DNA of 64,000 nucleotides from Eledone cirrhosa (Eukaryota): NCBI GenBank assembly GCA_964016885.1, contig OZ024758.1, positions 1,798,001 to 1,862,000 of the forward strand, read 5' to 3'. Shown piece by piece: positions 51,600 to 64,000 of this stretch (position 1 is its first letter; each line of letters starts with the position of its first letter). The notes under the pieces were generated by a model. It saw only the letters and a program-made list of their open reading frames with translations, ran no database searches and was not told where the DNA came from. The position numbers and the translations under genes were made by a program.

Positions 51600-53377
51600 G
51601 CGTGCGTGTGTGTGTATTTATGTATGTATATATACACAGTTCTTTTGTGTAATGAACCCATATACTTTGACATAGATCCGTGACAGATAGTTGTATCTAT
51701 GATCATATTCAATGTTTTTGTCCAAATATCGATTTCCTTTCTATTCTATATATAAACTATTTGTTTCAGAATCTAATAACTCTCAATTTGCTTTTGTTTG
51801 ACTAAAAGTACAAATTCATAATAAAATATTTTCCCAAGTTTTGTTTATTTGATTGAATGAAAATTAGATTTAACAGAAAGCGAGAAAATATTATCAATGG
51901 CATTTTGTGATTTATAAAGAATGTATTTTCCTTTATTATATTTTGTATTATAAATGTATGTAAGGTATACCATATAGCACAAAGAATGAAGAGGGAAAAG
52001 ACTGTCTTTGGTGTGATTCTAAACTTCGATGTCATTTGAAATACTTCACAAGTTGCGCCCATTCATCCAGATTTTTAGATTTTCACTTGGGAAATATATT
52101 TCTTTTGTTGTTGAAATATTTTTTAAATGTTTGATATTCAAATCTAAATGAATTACTACAAACTACAGTTAAGTATACTGTAATTAATATTATTTAAAAA
52201 AAAAGTAATATTTGAGGAATTTATAAATCTATACTTCATTTCTGGTCGGCGCGTAGCTTATTTTATTTTATCCTTTTTGTTATTAATTGTCTCACGAGCT
52301 CCTTTTGATTACGAACTGTAAGGAGTACCCAATACCTCCCTTAGTTTGTCATGGCTTACTAGCTCTGTACGGACGTTTCAATTGATTTAATAAATAAATT
52401 AATAAATTAATATTAGTTACGTAGAGAATCTTAACGTCATGCGATTCGATTCTCGACCCAAATGGTGCGTTGTGTCCTTGAGAAAGATACTTTATTTCAC
52501 GATGATCAAGTCCACTGATCTGGGAAGAATGAACTGCATCGACACGGGTTCCAATCTGTATTGGTGTTTAACTTTCCCTTGGACTACATATGTGTTGTGG
52601 AGTGACGAGGCCTATATGGGTGACTTCTGATTTTGTACAAACCCCTCTTCCCCGACTTGTGCTTCGGGGAGGCAAACCTATAAGTCAGTCAAGTGATGGG
52701 TGTATACCCTATGGTCAGTTACGACCACAGAGGACCTTTCTGTATGTCAATTAAGTAGTTACACAATTCAAGTTCCTGTTTCTTCTCTGATATCTTTAGT
52801 ATATTGGACATTTCTACCATATGGTTTCTTCTTTCTAATACGTATAAGTCCTTTTTGTTTAAACTTGTACCGGCGGGATTTTCAACTCAGACCGGGAAGG
52901 GCCGAAACTTTGAGCAGTTAAATAAGGCTTTCTGATTTTAGTAAACTGAACCAATATTAAATTGCTCAAATTACTTTGTTCCCATATTACATACCACGTG
53001 GTAGAACAGTTTACCAAAACTTTCAAAGACCAAAATAAAACCTAATCTTTATTTAAGTTTACATAATGCTTGCAGGTTGTGTCGTGAAAAGGGTATTTAT
53101 CTGTGACAGAACAAGTATTGTAAATATATTGATTGATAGAAAGTTGATGCGACACAGATGTTCTCTGGGTTTCTATACACGGGCAAGATTATTGGCTGAA
53201 TCAAATTCCTACACCAATTATATGCATGTGAATACACAACACACAGCAAAGGGGGAATACAGGTTAGTATATGCATATGTAAATATATGTATCACACACA
53301 CACACACACACACATACACATATATATATATAAATATATATGTGTGTGTGTGTGTGTGTGTATTGTTTACCTGTATA

Positions 53378-53462
53378 TATAAATATATGTCTACATGCAT
53401 GGAATTTAATTTCAGAACGAAGGTGAACGGTGAAAGCAAATCGGTGACCAAGAAATCTTTCA
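53378..53462 (+). promoter_or_regulatory. Putative TATA box (53378-53385), Inr-like TCAG (~53412) and 5' non-coding exon of peptide gene B ending at donor 53463
   Basis: TATAAATA about 30 nt before TTCAGAA; gtaagt donor; homologous to the region upstream of gene A; gene B ATG preceded by ttttacag|aatATG. Confidence 0.55.
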
Positions 53463-53525
53463 GTAAGTCACAATTATATTTTCATAAAAAGAAAAAAACG
53501 CACACCGATTCCTGATATATACAGC

Positions 53526-53618
<93 letters not shown>

Positions 53619-53803
53619 AATATATATATATACCCATATATATATATTTACATATATATATACATATACATATATACACACACACATATACATATACACA
53701 CACACCCACACACTTATATATATATATATATGTATACATATATGTATTCATACTTATACATGTATATATACATATATATACACACCCACATACACACACA
53801 CAC

Positions 53804-53868
<65 letters not shown>

Positions 53869-53930
53869 CACATATATATTTAATTAATAATAATTATGGA
53901 CGAGGCGTCAAGTTTTCATTAAGTTTATTC

Positions 53931-54019
53931 AGGTGTGACGCGCGTTTCACGACTGATCAGCTCATGGTTCGATCTGTATCGATCGGGCCCAACTCTGGAA
54001 TCAAAATCTCATCAGACCT
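53931..54019 (-). ncRNA. Hammerhead motif with stem II insertion and GUC site
   Basis: minus strand: AGGT-CTGATGA-GATT[insert]AGTC-gt-GAAA-CGCGCG-TC-ACACCT then AATAAA; stem I imperfect. Confidence 0.58.
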
Positions 54020-54605
54020 CTGTTAGGCTAATGACGGAACGATTCACGTACAGCGTTAAAATATATATATTTCTTCTCATTCATTTGGGGTGGCCAGTGT
54101 TCGGGGAGAAAAAATGTGAGGATGTGGGAGAGGGGAAGGGACGATGTAGAAAAAAGATTGAGAAGATGAAAGAATGATGGTGGGATACATCTGAGGAACC
54201 CTATTTGTTACAGGTATATCACCTTTTCTGAAATATAGCAAAAGTGTTTATTGTTTAATATCGATAACAGTTTCAATATATTTGTGATTTCATATAATGG
54301 AATAAATTCTTTTTTTTTGGGGGGGGGGGGGTGATAATACCTTACCGGCCCCACTCTTAAATGAGGCCCTTACAGGTACTACTGTTCCGAGCCAGAGCAG
54401 ACCTGGGAGTGATAACAACTAAGGGGTAACTCCACATTCCCCACAGCTCCTGGACGCTCGTACTTGAGTCTTGCCACTGGATACAGTTTAATGCCATATC
54501 CAGGAGATTAAATTATATTTCATTATAATGAATTAACTTTCTTAAATAACTCACACACTTATATCTCTTTGATATATATTCCATTTATTGTATTTTTTAC
54601 AGAAT

Positions 54606-56067
54606 ATGTGTTCCCTAACATTAAAGTTGTTACTGATATCTTTGGCTCTTTTCGTGGCATCCGAAGTCTCAGCCTTACATCCTACCGATTGTCTTAGTAA
54701 GTGTTCTAGAGTTCGTTGTAAAAACTCTACTCGGTATACATGCGCGAAGTTTTGCAAGTGTGTTTGCAGAAGTCCATGGGTAAGTGAAATAACTTAGTTT
54801 TCATATATCTATACTATCTATAGGTGGCGAATTGTCAGAGTTGGATAGAATACTTTATGTTATTCGTTCCAGCTCTCTGATCTCTGAGTTCAAATCCCAC
54901 CGAGATAAACTTTGCCTGTCATTCTTTCGAGGTCGATAAAAAAGTACCAGTCTAGTACTAGGGACGAAAACGTCAGGGGCCAAAACCACACTCTTCACCA
55001 GCTAGCTTGGACTTGACAATATTCCTACATTCTTTTGCCAAACACTTAGTATAGACTTTATCGCAGATGTTTAACAAAGAGATTCCTTTATAATAGCAAT
55101 ATTTCTTGTCTCCCCTTTTGAAAATTGGGATTATCACTCGCGATTGCTATTGCTTAGGTATCTTTCCAGAGACCCAGAGATCCAGGCCACCCGGCGTTAA
55201 ACATCCAGTTTTATCCTCCATAGTGGCCTCGCCACATTTGAGCTTTTTTAATTGCTCTAATGAGCTCAGTCCCCGCAAGATTAGCCACCAATCCCAGATG
55301 CACCTCGTGTACATCAGCAGATACTATTGCGGCCGTATTTAGAAGATCCGAAAAGTATTCTCTCCACTGCGCGAGGGTACACCTCTCTTTGGAGAAGAAA
55401 CACAGACAATTTCCTGATAGCAGGTGTGGAAGTGGGGCGAGGAGAAACATCGCAAAACGAAGTTTCTGGGTGGTCTGTCAGAGTAATATATTTGCTGATC
55501 TAAAGTCGGATTTCAGCTTAACAACCACACATTCTTTCCATGACACCAGACAGAGGATATCTGTTAATTATGATATCTGCAAAAGCATAATTGCCTTATT
55601 AGAAATTAATTTTTCATAAATAAATCAAAATTATTTAGCATTCTTGGTTCGCTTGTATCTTAATTCTTTATTGATTGTATACAATGTTATAAAGTATTTA
55701 TTGTTTAAAATTCCTGAAATATGAGAAGGTATCATTATTTCGGAAGGGTGCCGGATTGGCAGTATCGGTGGAGGGTCGGACGCCATGCTTTCCAGCATAG
55801 TTACGTCCCTTTACGATCTGAGTTCAAATCCCGCCGAGGTTGACTTTGCCTTTCATCCTTACGGGGTCGATAAAATAAAGTACCAGTAATGCACTGGATA
55901 ATTGCTGGCCTTGTGCCTAAAGTAGAAACAATTATTTCGTAATATTATTCTAATTTCAGGAAATCAGAATGGATAAATCAAATACATGTAAAAAATATGA
56001 AGGACAGGGTTACGAAAACAACCCAACTTTTGGTTCGCAAGCAGATATGGGTCCTTCATGGAACTGA
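54606..56067 (+). CDS. Small secreted 8-Cys peptide B, 93 aa (exons 54606-54779 + 55960-56067): MCSLTLKLLLISLALFVASEVSA|LHPTDCLSKCSRVRCKNSTRYTCAKFCKCVCRSPWEIRMDKSNTCKKYEGQGYENNPTFGSQADMGPSWN*
   Basis: Signal peptide, tgg|gtaagt donor, aatttcag acceptor, TGA at 56065-56067, AATAAA at 56125; paralog of peptide A. Confidence 0.87.
54965..55480 (-). mobile_element. RTE-type LINE reverse transcriptase fragment in intron 2 of peptide gene B
   Basis: minus-strand translation VIIPIFKRGDKKYCYYKGISLLNICDKVYTKCL...EECGF. Confidence 0.75.
55748..55937 (+). mobile_element. Near full-length SINE family 1 copy in intron 2 of peptide gene B
   Basis: A box tggcagtatcgg, B box gagttcaaatccc, core and tail; near-identical to 57875-58068. 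Confidence 0.85.
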
Positions 56068-56395
56068 ATTTGAGAAAATTGATATATTTCCCAATATATT
56101 ATAACATTCTTACAGGAATTCTGAAATAAAAGTTAATAAGATCATTTGATTCTATATCGACGTTTTTATTTATTTTGGTTAAATTTGTTGAAAAAAATCT
56201 GAAATCAAACATTATTATTTCAGTTCCATTTACAGTTAAACGTAATAGAATATTTTAGCGAAGTTCTTCCAACTTTTTCCAAAAATGTTATTCTATTACA
56301 TTTACACACACACACACACACACACACAGATACTGTCGGGACTTTGAAGAAAAAATAGGCATTTTTTGTCTATTATTTCCTCGCATTTATAATTT

Positions 56396-56511
<116 letters not shown>

Positions 56512-57223
56512 AGTATTAAAGGTGCAAATTAATTGCGTCCATAGGCGGTATGCCGAATGAGCACTCGATGCTCTTGGGGAGCAGAGTATCAATAATATTA
56601 ATATATAAGGGAACAAAAAATATTTAATTACATATTACATATGTTTCACTGACTATCAGCTCGGGGAACGATCTATTAATGATCGAACCTGACTCTGGAA
56701 TCGGAAGCGCCTCAGATATGTGCTAACATGTAGACTTAGACGCCAGTCTACATGTTAAAACATATCTGTGGTGATATATTGGTGATCGAGTAACGTGAAA
56801 ATAAGCGGATAGCGATCTCTAGACCTACCAGTTCAGAGAAACAATTGTCAGCAATGAGATTAAAAACCTTTTTTGTATAGCAAAAATATATATATATATA
56901 TATATTTGTATATATACATACATATATATAAATATGACAAGCTTCCCCATATTTCCATCTATCAAACTGCACTAACAAAACATTTGTAAACACAAGATTG
57001 CAGGCTGGAAACAATATAAACAAAAATAGAAAAGTTGGAAGATTATCAGTAATTTGGTGATGAGTTTAAGCTATGAAACTGTAAATAATAGTTGATATAT
57101 ATTAGAATTTATTATCAGTTAAATGTAACAGGAGGCGGGTTCTGATATTTTAAAGTATATAGAATTGACAGTGTTCAAGAAATAAAAATATATGTGCTAA
57201 AAGTATGAATTATTAAATTAAAT

Positions 57224-57233
57224 ACGCATGCGC
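57224..57233. promoter_or_regulatory. NRF1-like GC palindrome (ACGCATGCGC) upstream of integrin beta ATG
   Basis: One mismatch to GCGCATGCGC in otherwise AT-rich DNA, about 190 nt before the ATG. Confidence 0.35.
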
Positions 57234-57417
57234 CTGCTCCCAGATATACGCACCAAAATATAAGTGAATATAGTTTAGAGAAGAGGCAAGGCACTTTAAT
57301 AAATTTAAGTATATCACTTGAGAGTTTTATGTTAGGGCTTTGTCATAGCAGGCAAAGTAAAGGACGCATATATACAATATTTAGTTCTATTCTGGTCAGA
57401 TTTACTACTTTGGTAAT

Positions 57418-62763
<5,346 letters not shown>

Positions 62764-63377
62764 GTAACTATTTGAATCATCTCTTCAATGCATATTCTTC
62801 TAATCTTTTACTAGTTTCAGGCATCGGGCTGCGCCACCATTTTCATGGATTCTGTCTATAACATATTCTATCTATTTCATCGATTTCCGTTTGTCCAATT
62901 GCTATGTCAAATGTCAAAGGTATTAATAATAGACCGGTTTTTGAGCAATGTAGATATATTGAGACAAAGAAGTCCCCCCCCCCCCCCCTCACACACACAC
63001 CACACACATGCCTCCATATAGCCTTCCGTTTTTCGGCTATAAACCATTCAGCCGAGTATCAAAAACATAATGTGAACACTGTAGTGTCCCCAACTTTGCA
63101 AGTTGCCTTCTCCATTATATTTATTGTCACGTATCCTTCTAATACCAAGAATAAGTCTGAACAAGTTTTTATATATTATAATTATATAGGAGATAAAGAA
63201 TTTTTATATGAAAAACCGACTTTCCGGGCGAAAAGTTCAAAATTTCACGGTCGATGAGGGTCGCCTGGCAGTTGTCCGCTTGAGCTAAAGTTTTGCATAG
63301 ATTGGCTTTTTGTTAATTGGAACAAGATGGGGGGGGGGGGAGCTGAACCTTTAGAAGGTTGAAAAATAAGGGCCAAC

Positions 63378-63451
<74 letters not shown>

Positions 63452-63609
63452 GTAATATATATATATATTAGCATCTACAAACTGACCAATGAGAATTAAG
63501 ACTATTCCTGCTGACAACATTAAATTATTCCTAACAAGCGCATATGTCCCAAGGCTCTGATACCATCAACACTATAAACACAGAGCTGGCATATCTAAGA
63601 ACTGACTAC

Positions 63610-63663
63610 CTGCCTGATGAGGTCATAGCCATTCAATGGCTATGATCGAAATATATATAGCAG
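63610..63663 (+). ncRNA. Minimal hammerhead ribozyme motif
   Basis: CTGC-CTGATGA-GGTCATAGCCA ttcaa TGGCTATGATC-GAAA-TATATA-TA-GCAG then AATAAA. Confidence 0.78.
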
Positions 63664-63709
63664 TAAATAAAGGATTATGAGTTCATGCAATTGACTTATG
63701 TTTCGTCAC

Positions 63710-63782
<73 letters not shown>

Positions 63783-63851
63783 ATATACATATGCATATAC
63801 ATATATGTATATAAACATATGTATATATATATATATACATATATGTATATG

Positions 63852-63893
<42 letters not shown>

Positions 63894-64000
63894 GTGTAAC
63901 AGGAAAAGAATGAGGACCCCGACGGCTGAACTCCGTCCGTTTCGACAGCTAGATCCAAACTGTTTGGATCTAGCTGTCGAAACGGCCGGAGCTCAGCCGT

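Noticed and set aside
53582-54026. Tyr/Ile/His/Thr-rich ORFs here and at many other TA/CA tracts
   Set aside because: Dinucleotide microsatellite translations.
55810-55840. tRNA gene suggested by B box gagttcaaatccc
   Set aside because: Head of a SINE; no cloverleaf, continues into SINE core and tail.

Overview
AT-rich, microsatellite- and SINE-dense animal genomic DNA; the repeat content and gene architecture suggest a coleoid cephalopod such as an octopus (inference). Four + strand genes were reconstructed by hand from GT-AG junctions with consistent phases. (1) PTPN23/HD-PTP: 28 coding exons at 10244-36957 (Bro1, V domain, a very long Pro/Gln region, a degenerate PTP domain); the first exon was not found in the window. 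(2,3) Two tandem paralogous three-exon genes (~47.0-49.8 kb and ~53.4-56.1 kb) encoding small secreted peptides with an identical 8-cysteine framework C-x3-C-x4-C-x7-C-x3-C-x-C-x-C-x13-C, similar signal peptides and almost fully divergent inter-cysteine residues. I do not recognise this family; it is the best candidate for an undescribed system (defence peptide or toxin-like). (4) The first three coding exons of an integrin beta subunit (from 57418). Non-coding DNA carries more than a dozen minimal hammerhead-ribozyme motifs of several families, as described for Penelope-like retroelements. They include a U3-A8 core variant and forms with large stem II insertions. Also present: tRNA-derived SINEs, RTE/CR1/Tx1/R4-type LINE fragments, piggyBac-, hAT- and mariner-type DNA elements, and many tandem repeats. 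Most ORF-track entries are microsatellite artefacts.
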